A stretch of DNA of 64,000 nt from an uncultured Candidatus Micrarchaeota archaeon (GTDB lineage Archaea; Micrarchaeota; Micrarchaeia; Anstonellales; Bilamarchaeaceae): NCBI GenBank assembly GCA_963723105.1, contig CAVRPK010000001.1:80543-144542 (forward strand). The letters run 5' to 3'. Shown piece after piece: positions 26,499-34,465 of this stretch. The position numbers and the translations under genes were made by a program. A model generated the notes under the pieces. It did not search any database and had not been told where the DNA came from. It was given only the letters and a program-made list of their open reading frames with translations. How positions within the stretch are numbered: position 1 is the stretch's first letter; each line of letters starts with the position of its first letter.

Positions 26499-27467
26499 TT
26501 AGAGCTTCATGATAGTATCTTTTGATGGGAATGATGATTCTTCAGATAGAAGTGCAGTTTCAACATTTCGTATGTTGGGAAATCTGGACCTAAGCTCACG
26601 AATGATTCCTAGATATTCATGGTGATTTTTTGCTCGAATTAAAAGATCCACCTGCCATGGAGCAATAATTTTTGAAAGGCCATAAACATTCTGGTGTTTC
26701 CGTGCAAACTCCAAGATTTGAGATTCGTCATCTTTTGAAAATACCTTAAATGAAAGAAGAGAGTAGTATAGATCATAACCAAGCTTACTAAAATCAATTA
26801 TCGCCCTGCTGCTTATTAGAACTCCGGACTTTTCTAATTTTTTGATTCTGTGCCGTACAATATCCACACTAACACCAGTATCTTTAGCAATATTGACTAG
26901 AGTGCTCCTTGAATTAGAGAATAATACTGACAGTACTTTTTTGTCAAGATCATCCAATTCCACATCTCCAAGTTTTCCAATAGTGGATATAGGTTTTGCC
27001 TCGCTTGGAACAAATAACTTCTCAGGATAAACAAAAATCTCGACTGAAGAGCCAACTGTTTTTTTTATAATTAAATTTGGAAAGTCTGAGAAGAACTTGG
27101 CTTCCATCTCAAAGAAATCAATGGTGGATTTTGCAAAAAATGATACATGGAAATCCCATGCACCATCTGCTTTTGAAACCCAATAAACATTAGGGTGAGA
27201 TCGAATTGCTTGTATTAATTTTTTTTGCTCTTCTGCTGTTGAAGAAAGTTTGAGAAAAACGCGATAGCTCATATAAGACAATTTACTGAGGTTAATCCAA
27301 GATGTATACCCAGTAATTATATTATTTTTCTCAAGTTGCGAGATTCTATATCTCACAGTTTCCCTGCTTCGCCTGATTTTTTTTGCAAGTTCTGTTTCGC
27401 TCTGTCTGGCATTTAAACTGAGTTCATAAAGAAGAATTTTATTGATCTTATCAAGAATTTCTGTCAT
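26499..27467 (-). CDS. Tandem (duplicated) Lrp/AsnC-family transcriptional regulator
   Basis: Two HTH_AsnC + RAM-like units in one chain (ILLYELSLNARQSETELAKKIRRSRETVRYRISQLE and VLSVLFSNSRSTLVNIAKDTGVSVDIVRHRIKKLE). I chose the ATG at 27467, with TTAAAATA ~27 nt upstream. Confidence 0.8.
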   Translation of the reverse strand: MTEILDKINKILLYELSLNARQSETELAKKIRRSRETVRYRISQLEKNNIITGYTSWINLSKLSYMSYRVFLKLSSTAEEQKKLIQAIRSHPNVYWVSKADGAWDFHVSFFAKSTIDFFEMEAKFFSDFPNLIIKKTVGSSVEIFVYPEKLFVPSEAKPISTIGKLGDVELDDLDKKVLSVLFSNSRSTLVNIAKDTGVSVDIVRHRIKKLEKSGVLISSRAIIDFSKLGYDLYYSLLSFKVFSKDDESQILEFARKHQNVYGLSKIIAPWQVDLLIRAKNHHEYLGIIRELRSRFPNIRNVETALLSEESSFPSKDTIMKL

Positions 27468-27628
27468 GAGAAAACAAATCACGGCAAATATTTTAACTAA
27501 TGCCATTTTTTGCATAAAAAAGCTTGCTAAATCTCTGCTAAGATCTGAAGGACGGTTTTATTAAGTTTTTGTGTTAATATATGTCATATATTGATTGAAG
27601 AGACATTCTTATCTAGGGGAAGAATTGA

Positions 27629-28327
27629 ATGGCCAGGAAATGGAAAACAAGGGCAGAGAGGAAAAAAATATATGATGAAGTACTTCAAAAGGCCGAAAGG
27701 TCAAAGGCTAAAGTTAGAGCTGTACACATCAGACCCCAGACAAGTGAAAGGCCAAAAGTCCAGGCAAAGAAGCCAGATTTCAGAAAAATGGAACCAATAA
27801 CTGAAATGCCAAAGAAAACAGCTCAGGATACTAAAAATAATTATGCAATGTCATTGCTTCGAGCATCAGAAATTTCCGATAGTGCAAGATTTCAGAATGC
27901 ATTTGGAGGAAAAGCTGAAAGAGAAACCTTAGATTTGACTGCATCAGAAGCTTGGAATAGAACTGTAGTAGAAGCATCTGAACCAGCAGAGTTTTCCACA
28001 GAACAGGGGACAGATTCTGTTTTGAAGGATGAAATTAGGAGAATAGAGGGAGAAGCATATTTCAAAGCTACTGGAAATCCAATAAATGCAGATCAAACAG
28101 TTAAGAAAAAGAAATGGATCCAGAGAACTGAGAAAACTTTATTAGGCATACTGTTTGTTTTCGATATAGTCGCATGGATCGGAATAATGCCTACATTGAT
28201 AGACAGGATAATTGACTCTGATAGAGAAGATATGATAGTAGTACCAAAAAAAGATCCTGATGTGAGTTTAATTTCTGGGAGAGAATCAACATCGGATATA
28301 GGCACGAAAATGTTAGAAAGAAGATAA
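27629..28327 (+). CDS. Hypothetical protein, K-rich N-terminus and one C-terminal TM segment
   Basis: 232 aa with TM segment LLGILFVFDIVAWIGIMPTLI. No motif recognised. Confidence 0.5.
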   Translation: MARKWKTRAERKKIYDEVLQKAERSKAKVRAVHIRPQTSERPKVQAKKPDFRKMEPITEMPKKTAQDTKNNYAMSLLRASEISDSARFQNAFGGKAERETLDLTASEAWNRTVVEASEPAEFSTEQGTDSVLKDEIRRIEGEAYFKATGNPINADQTVKKKKWIQRTEKTLLGILFVFDIVAWIGIMPTLIDRIIDSDREDMIVVPKKDPDVSLISGRESTSDIGTKMLERR

Positions 28328-28343
28328 TTAAAAAATAAAAAAA

Positions 28344-30338
28344 TTAGAGAATGCCCATAGAATGAGCGACTATCAAACCAGCAAAGACCAGCGAAACAGT
28401 GTTCACGACTTTTATCAACGCATTAAGTGCAGGCCCTGCAGTGTCCTTTAATGGATCACCAACAGTATCACCAACAATTGCTGCTTTGTGAGCATCTGAA
28501 CCTTTTCCGCCAAGATGTCCCTCTTCAATGTACTTCTTTGCATTATCCCAGGTAGCTCCTGCTGTAGTCATTGTAAATGCGAGCATAAGCCCACTAGCAA
28601 TAACTCCGGCAAGTAAACCTGCAAGTGCTGCAGCACCAAAGATGAAACCAACTACCAGAGGAACAACAACTGCAATAGCACCTGGAAGAGCAAGCTCTCT
28701 TAGTGCTGTTTTGGTTGAAATATCCACACATTTTGCATAGTCAGCTCTGGCCTTTCCTTGCATAAGTCCTTTGATCTCACGGAACTGCCTTCTAACTTCT
28801 TCTACAATCTCAAATGCTGCTCTTCCAACTGCAAGCATCAGTAGTGATGAAAATACAAATGGGAGAAGAGCTCCGATAAAGAGACCGATAACAACTGGAG
28901 GCTGAAGAAGATCCACAGATTCAAGATGTGCTGCTTCTGCAAATGCTACAAACAGAGCAAGTGCTCCAAGAGCAGCACCACCAATTGCAAATCCTTTTGT
29001 AGTTGCCTTAGTTGTGTTTCCAACTGCATCAAGTGCATCAGTAACAGTTCTGACTTTTGCTGGAAGCTTTGACATTTCAGCAATTCCGCCAGCATTGTCT
29101 GTTATTGGACCATATGCATCAATTGCAATAATTATTCCGCTTAGCGAGAGCATAGAAGCTGCCGCAAGTGCAATACCATAGAGGCCTGCAACTTTGAAGG
29201 ATATCACTATTGCAATTACAATAACCAAAACAGGAAGTGCTGTTGATTCCAGACCAACGGCAAGACCTTGAATTAGGTTTGTCGCAGCGCCGGTTTTAGC
29301 TGCATTTGCAACATTTTGAACTGGTTTGTGTTCTGTTGCTGTATAATATTCGCTAATTATGAATAACAACAAAGTCACTACAGCTCCCATAATCACAGTT
29401 ACAAACAGATTGTTTGCTGGAATTGGAAGATCAGGTATATCTGCAAGGTAGAAATAAGTTCCTGCAAGCATCACAATTGCACTAACAAGAATGCCAACAT
29501 AGAAGTACGACATGATCTTTTTAGTATTTCCAAGACCGACAAAGAGTGAGCCTACTATACTTGCAACAACACCAATTGCTGCAATTCCAAGTGGAACTTG
29601 TATAAGTAGATCATTAGTTACAAATGTCATTCCGATAAGCATGGCTGCAATTACCGTTACTACAAATGACTCGAAAACATCTGCTGCCATTCCAGCGCAA
29701 TCACCAACATTGTCCCCGACATTATCAGCGATTACAGCAGGATTTCTTGGGTCATCCTCAGGAATTCCTGCCTCGATCTTTCCGACAAGATCAGCTCCAA
29801 CATCAGCTGCTTTTGTGTAGATACCTCCACCGACACGAGCAAATAGCGAAATCAATGAAGCTCCGAAACCATATCCAATAAGGGGCATAATGTCTCCGAA
29901 GTACATGAAAAGCACGCTAACACCTATAAGTCCAAGTCCGGCAAGTGCCATACCAGTAACGGCGCCACCTTTGAAAGCAATTCCAAGAGCTGGTTTAACT
30001 CCTTTCTTTGCTGCTTCTGCAACGCGGACATTGGCTCGTACTGAGACTTGCATGCCCACATATCCTGCGAGTGCTGAAGAAACAACACCAACCAAGAATG
30101 CAATGGCAGTTGAAATGCCCACCCCATAGCCAATTAGTAATAATATTACAAGGACTATTGGGGCCAGGGTCTTGTATTGCCTTGTTAAAAAGGCATTTGC
30201 ACCCTCTTGAATTGCTTTTGAAATCTCTTGCATTTCCTTGCTTCCTGCAGGCGATTTAATCACCCGGAATGCAAGGTATGCTGCATAGAGTAGGGTCAAT
30301 ATACCCCCGCCCAATGCTAATGTTACTGCATCTATCAT
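28344..30338 (-). CDS. hppA: Membrane-integral H+-translocating pyrophosphatase
   Basis: 664-aa polytopic protein with motifs DNVGDNVGDCAGM, GDTVGDPLKD and EYYT. GNTTKATTKG carries the Lys variant associated with K+-independent enzymes. Confidence 0.95.
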   Translation of the reverse strand: MIDAVTLALGGGILTLLYAAYLAFRVIKSPAGSKEMQEISKAIQEGANAFLTRQYKTLAPIVLVILLLIGYGVGISTAIAFLVGVVSSALAGYVGMQVSVRANVRVAEAAKKGVKPALGIAFKGGAVTGMALAGLGLIGVSVLFMYFGDIMPLIGYGFGASLISLFARVGGGIYTKAADVGADLVGKIEAGIPEDDPRNPAVIADNVGDNVGDCAGMAADVFESFVVTVIAAMLIGMTFVTNDLLIQVPLGIAAIGVVASIVGSLFVGLGNTKKIMSYFYVGILVSAIVMLAGTYFYLADIPDLPIPANNLFVTVIMGAVVTLLLFIISEYYTATEHKPVQNVANAAKTGAATNLIQGLAVGLESTALPVLVIVIAIVISFKVAGLYGIALAAASMLSLSGIIIAIDAYGPITDNAGGIAEMSKLPAKVRTVTDALDAVGNTTKATTKGFAIGGAALGALALFVAFAEAAHLESVDLLQPPVVIGLFIGALLPFVFSSLLMLAVGRAAFEIVEEVRRQFREIKGLMQGKARADYAKCVDISTKTALRELALPGAIAVVVPLVVGFIFGAAALAGLLAGVIASGLMLAFTMTTAGATWDNAKKYIEEGHLGGKGSDAHKAAIVGDTVGDPLKDTAGPALNALIKVVNTVSLVFAGLIVAHSMGIL

Positions 30339-30476
30339 AATTTCACCTTAAAAATCGACTTTGAATAAAAACATGTGAATATTTAAAAAGCAAATGGGGA
30401 ATCATGCTGCGTAGAGTAAAGATATATAAAAGATAACTGCATTATCTGAAAGAATACTCCGTAGATGGTGAAATAA

Positions 30477-30860
30477 ATGGGACTGTTTGACAAAATATTA
30501 GGAAAAAACGAAGAAAGTCCAGAGGTTCCTGATCTTGAAGACTTGATGCAATCAGATGGCGATGTTGTAAGCCCTCCAGCTGACTTTTATGTAAAGAGAG
30601 TGGACTTGAGAAACGAAGGCGATGGAGACTTAGTACTTAATGAACTTGGTGAAAAGAACATTATTATACTCAATGTCAAACCGCTTGCAAAACAACCAAA
30701 TCGATTGAAGACAATCATTGGAAAGCTCAAGAATCACACTGGAAAGACTAATGGCGATATTGCTTTGCTTGCAGCTGATACTATTCTCTTGACACCAAAA
30801 AATGTTAAGATTGTAAAATCAAAGCCAAAAGCAAAGAGAAGTGGAACTGTTATCTCTTAA
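30477..30860 (+). CDS. sepF: SepF-like cell-division protein (DUF552)
   Basis: N-terminal amphipathic MGLFDKILGK and a core FYVKRVDLRNEGDGDLVLNELGEKNIIILNV...ILLTPKNVKI. A GGTGA Shine-Dalgarno lies upstream. Confidence 0.7.
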   Translation: MGLFDKILGKNEESPEVPDLEDLMQSDGDVVSPPADFYVKRVDLRNEGDGDLVLNELGEKNIIILNVKPLAKQPNRLKTIIGKLKNHTGKTNGDIALLAADTILLTPKNVKIVKSKPKAKRSGTVIS

Positions 30861-30928
30861 TTTTATTATTTTTCAATCCAGCAGTAAGTACCTCAGATTG
30901 TCTGGATTTTTTTTCTGAGGCATTTTTC

Positions 30929-31636
30929 TTATACAGGTTTACTAATCTCTTTCAGATTTATGAAAATTTCTCCATACATCTTATCCTGCTTGATATTGAT
31001 TTTTTCTTCTTGAACCAAATAAAGAAGACAAAGGAGATTGTAAACTTTTTTTGCAGAATCATTACCTTCAGTAATTTTAGAAAACAAAGACCATCCTTCA
31101 CTGTCAGTATGTTGCTCTATCAGACCAATAACCTTTGCTAAATCATTTTCAAGATCATGTTCAGATAATTGCATGTCAATAGTATCAACTATTGAGCCCT
31201 TTGGGATTCGAACGCGCTCTACATTCTCGTACTTAATAACGCGCTCCATTTCATTGATAAGCTCCTCAGCAGTAATCTGGCGCCTTGGAGGGATTCTACT
31301 AGAAAGTTCTAGCTGTGGAATTTCAGGAATAGGCTCAGGCTCTTCTGCTGCAGGAAACTCTGCAAGTTCCGTCTGGTAGCTTAAGAATTTTAGATAGTCG
31401 CTCTTGTATTTTAGAAGTATGGAAGCTGCCAGTATAACATTTGCCTGGATAATAAAGTCCATTTCGTCCATTTCACGGACTTTTGATATGAATGCGTCAG
31501 AAAGATCAAGAAGGTCCACATTCCATGGATCGACCCGGTTTGAAGAGATTAATTCCAGAAGAATATCCTTCCAGGTTGGCTTTGCTACCATTGACTCAAA
31601 GTGAGCAAATGATTGCAAGTGCGTCTGGGTCGGCAT
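30929..31636 (-). CDS. scpA: Segregation and condensation protein A (ScpA kleisin)
   Basis: 235 aa with DPWNVDLLDLSDAFISKV and QANVILAASILLKYKS, typical of the ScpA N-terminus. Confidence 0.75.
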   Translation of the reverse strand: MPTQTHLQSFAHFESMVAKPTWKDILLELISSNRVDPWNVDLLDLSDAFISKVREMDEMDFIIQANVILAASILLKYKSDYLKFLSYQTELAEFPAAEEPEPIPEIPQLELSSRIPPRRQITAEELINEMERVIKYENVERVRIPKGSIVDTIDMQLSEHDLENDLAKVIGLIEQHTDSEGWSLFSKITEGNDSAKKVYNLLCLLYLVQEEKINIKQDKMYGEIFINLKEISKPV

Positions 31637-31641
31637 ATTTG

Positions 31642-31669
31642 TTTATATAACTATTCTACTTTATATAAC
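31642..31669. promoter_or_regulatory. Direct repeat of TATA element TTTATATAAC x2 in the scpA/CBS divergent spacer
   Basis: Copies lie at 31642-31651 and 31660-31669. The palindromic TTATATAA of copy 2 is centred at 31664.5, and the midpoint of the two ATGs (31636, 31694) is 31665. A GGTGA Shine-Dalgarno at 31684-31688 precedes the plus gene. Confidence 0.5.
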
Positions 31670-31693
31670 TTATCGACTTATTCGGTGACAATT

Positions 31694-32764
31694 ATGGAGA
31701 TAAAAGAAACTACAATATTGGACAGAGAAGAACCACTTTCAAAGGCACTTCCGCATCTTGATACAGCCCCAGCTGTATTAGTAACAAAAGATGGTAAGTA
31801 TTATGGGGTAATAGACCACAGAAGCATCAGTGCCAATGTCAGAAGCCCACGGGATACTAAATGCGAAACAGTAATAGTAAGACCTCCTGTGATGCTTGAA
31901 AGTACAGAGATAATTGAGAGAGTAAGTGCATTTCTTCTTGGTCATTTCAAAGCACTTCCAGTAATAAACAAAAGCGAAATTCCAATTGGGATTACAACAA
32001 GAGTAGAAGCACTGAAAGAAATGCAATCAAAAAAGCTGATTCCAGGGGGCAAAGTATCAGAACTTATGAGCGCGCCTGTATACACAGTTTCAGAAGATGA
32101 TACAATTGCCCAGACAAAAAGAGGATTCAGGGACAAAAATGCACGAAGAATGGTGGTAATTAGCAAAGGCCATCCAATCGGGGTTGTCTCTGATTATGAT
32201 CTTAGTTCATGGACAGGAAGTCATAACTTTGGAAAGGGCCGCAAGGATGTCCGGATATCAGCAGAGAAATTTGATGTAGATGGAATGACAATCAAAAGCT
32301 TCCTAAGGCCTGACATTACTACAATTGAAGAAAATACCAGCATTGAAAGTGCAGTTAAAAGAATGGTAGAAAAACAAGTATCTTCGGTGATTGTTGTGGC
32401 AGGATCCAAACCAGTTGGGATTCTTTCTGCTCTTGATATTTTCAAAAAAGTTCAGAATATGAATCAGGAAAAAACAACAATCAATGTTTCTGGATTAAAC
32501 GAGGACAACAAATTCCAATTTGAAAACATCACAGAAAAGATTGGCCATGTTGTTGATAAGTTTGGAGAATCATTCAATATCCGAAATGTCGGAGTTCATA
32601 CAAAGGAGGGAAAATCAACAACCACAGTAAATTTATACTTTGATACTGACGAGGGACATGTTTCTCTTCGATCTGAGAGGGCAACTCTTAAGGAAGCAGT
32701 TGATGAACTTGCAGGAGAACTTGACAGCGTTTTGAGAAGGAGAAAGGACAGGAGAACAAACTAA
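31694..32764 (+). CDS. Four-CBS-domain protein with C-terminal HPF/RaiA (S30AE)-like domain
   Basis: Four CBS-like units are followed by 96 aa (TINVSGLNED...LKEAVDELAGELDSVLRRRKDR). By eye this segment aligns with the beta-alpha-beta3-alpha pattern of E. coli HPF/YfiA (INITG...AIDxLxDKLxRQLxKxKDK). Confidence 0.7.
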   Translation: MEIKETTILDREEPLSKALPHLDTAPAVLVTKDGKYYGVIDHRSISANVRSPRDTKCETVIVRPPVMLESTEIIERVSAFLLGHFKALPVINKSEIPIGITTRVEALKEMQSKKLIPGGKVSELMSAPVYTVSEDDTIAQTKRGFRDKNARRMVVISKGHPIGVVSDYDLSSWTGSHNFGKGRKDVRISAEKFDVDGMTIKSFLRPDITTIEENTSIESAVKRMVEKQVSSVIVVAGSKPVGILSALDIFKKVQNMNQEKTTINVSGLNEDNKFQFENITEKIGHVVDKFGESFNIRNVGVHTKEGKSTTTVNLYFDTDEGHVSLRSERATLKEAVDELAGELDSVLRRRKDRRTN

Positions 32765-32820
32765 ATGTTTTCCTTCCTTTTTTAAGCTTTTATGTACGTA
32801 ATTAACCACAGGATGATACT

Positions 32821-33270
32821 ATGAAAGGACAGGTTAGCACTGAACTCTTGGTTATTGTTGCTCTTGTACTACTGATTTTCATTCCGCTTCTTGTTCTTGT
32901 ATACTTCAAGGCGAATGAGGCAAATCAGCAGATTGCAGCATACCAGGCAGAACTTTCGGTTTCAAGAATTGCATCACTTGCAAATTCAGTTGGTAGTTTA
33001 GGAACCAACACATCAGTTACAACGGACATCTATGTACCGCCAAATACTATAGCTATGAATGTAACTAGCGTGGGGCGGGCAGGAGAGATATCACTGACTA
33101 TGAATAGTCCGCAAGGACCGACAACGCCGGTTGTTGAGATTATCAGATATCCACTAAGCAACCCAGGCACTCTTGCTGATTCAAGCTCAGCTGGCGGATG
33201 GATGAGACTTAGGATAAGCTCTGAATTTGTAAACAATGAGGCTTCAATAAAAATTGAAAAGGTCTCCTAA
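32821..33270 (+). CDS. Archaeal type IV pilin-like protein (class III signal peptide)
   Basis: MKGQVSTELLVIVALVLLIFIPLL: a short basic N-terminus, then G/Q and a hydrophobic helix. Confidence 0.7.
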   Translation: MKGQVSTELLVIVALVLLIFIPLLVLVYFKANEANQQIAAYQAELSVSRIASLANSVGSLGTNTSVTTDIYVPPNTIAMNVTSVGRAGEISLTMNSPQGPTTPVVEIIRYPLSNPGTLADSSSAGGWMRLRISSEFVNNEASIKIEKVS

Positions 33271-33283
33271 TTTTTTTTTATTA

Positions 33284-34465
33284 TTATATAAAAGTATAAT
33301 TTTCAAAAACAGTTTCTCCACTTCTGATTACAGAATATACCTTTCCAGTCAAAGTTTTTCCTTCAAATGGAGACCATTTGCATTTGGTTTCTAGTTCTGA
33401 GCCTTTAACTTTCCATTCTTTCTTAGGGTCCACAATAGTAATGTCCCCATCAAAGCCTTCCTCGATTTTTCCTTTTCCTGAAATACCAAATATAGAAGCA
33501 GGGGCTTCACTCATTTTCTTGATTACTGAAGACCGAGTAAGAATCCCATTATTGCATGCAGTAAGCATCAGTGCAAGGCTGGTTTCAAGGCCAGGAAAGC
33601 CTGCTGCTCCCATTTCCTTGTCTGCTAGAGTGTGCGGAGCATGATCAGTTGCAATGCAGTCTGCCTCTTCAAATGCGCTTAGAAGCATAAGTCGTTTTTG
33701 CTCAGATTTAAGAGGGGGATAAACCTTGTATTTTGTGCCAAGGGCAGGTAAATCCTTAGTTGAAAGGAAAAGATAATGTGGCGCTACTTCTACTGTAACA
33801 TTGGGAAATGGCCGAGCTAGTGCAAGTTCTTTTTTTGTTGCTGCATGAGCAAGATGAATCTTCCTTCCTTTGGATTTTGCAAGAGCAATTGCAGCTTTAA
33901 TAGTCTTGTAAGTGCGCGTTAAGTTTTCATCTTCATTTTCAGAATGATCACAAGCATGAAGCACTATTGGTTTATCTTTTGGGAAAATATCATAATGTTT
34001 TTCAAGAGAATCTGCCTTCTTTAGGACCATATTCCCAGTGGTCTTGCCAAGATAGATTTTTAGCGAATCTGGATGGGCAAGTTTTACTTCTTCAAAATTA
34101 TCATCAGTTGCTCCAAAGTGGAACAAGACATTGCAAAGAGCTTTTTTTGATAGTTCGCCTTTTTTCATTAGAGCCTCTGCAGTAGTTGTTGGAGGAGAAT
34201 TATTTGGCATATCTATTACAGTAGTAAAACCACCAGCAATTGCAGCCTTGGAGCCAGTCAAAAAATCTTCTTTTTCAGTAGCGCCAGGCTCTCGCAAATG
34301 AACATGAGGATCAATAAGACCAGGCAGAACCAGCTTTCCAGCTGCATTAACAACCATCTCGCCAGAAATATTATTGCCTATTTTAACTATTTTGCCATCT
34401 TCGATGAGAATGTCTTTTTGGACAAAATCGCCACGAAAAAAGACTTTTCCATCTTTGATGATCAT
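33284..34465 (-). CDS. pyrC: Dihydroorotase (amidohydrolase superfamily)
   Basis: GLIDPHVHLREPG, HLAHAAT and ATDHAPH. Confidence 0.85.
   Translation of the reverse strand: MIIKDGKVFFRGDFVQKDILIEDGKIVKIGNNISGEMVVNAAGKLVLPGLIDPHVHLREPGATEKEDFLTGSKAAIAGGFTTVIDMPNNSPPTTTAEALMKKGELSKKALCNVLFHFGATDDNFEEVKLAHPDSLKIYLGKTTGNMVLKKADSLEKHYDIFPKDKPIVLHACDHSENEDENLTRTYKTIKAAIALAKSKGRKIHLAHAATKKELALARPFPNVTVEVAPHYLFLSTKDLPALGTKYKVYPPLKSEQKRLMLLSAFEEADCIATDHAPHTLADKEMGAAGFPGLETSLALMLTACNNGILTRSSVIKKMSEAPASIFGISGKGKIEEGFDGDITIVDPKKEWKVKGSELETKCKWSPFEGKTLTGKVYSVIRSGETVFENYTFI

Noticed and set aside
27576-27592. Perfect palindrome AATATATG-T-CATATATT between the Lrp operon and gene 27629, considered as an Lrp operator.
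   Set aside because: It lies ~110 nt upstream of the Lrp start and is pure A/T-rich sequence, where such palindromes arise easily by chance. It is more simply the TATA region of the plus-strand gene. I cannot support an operator call.
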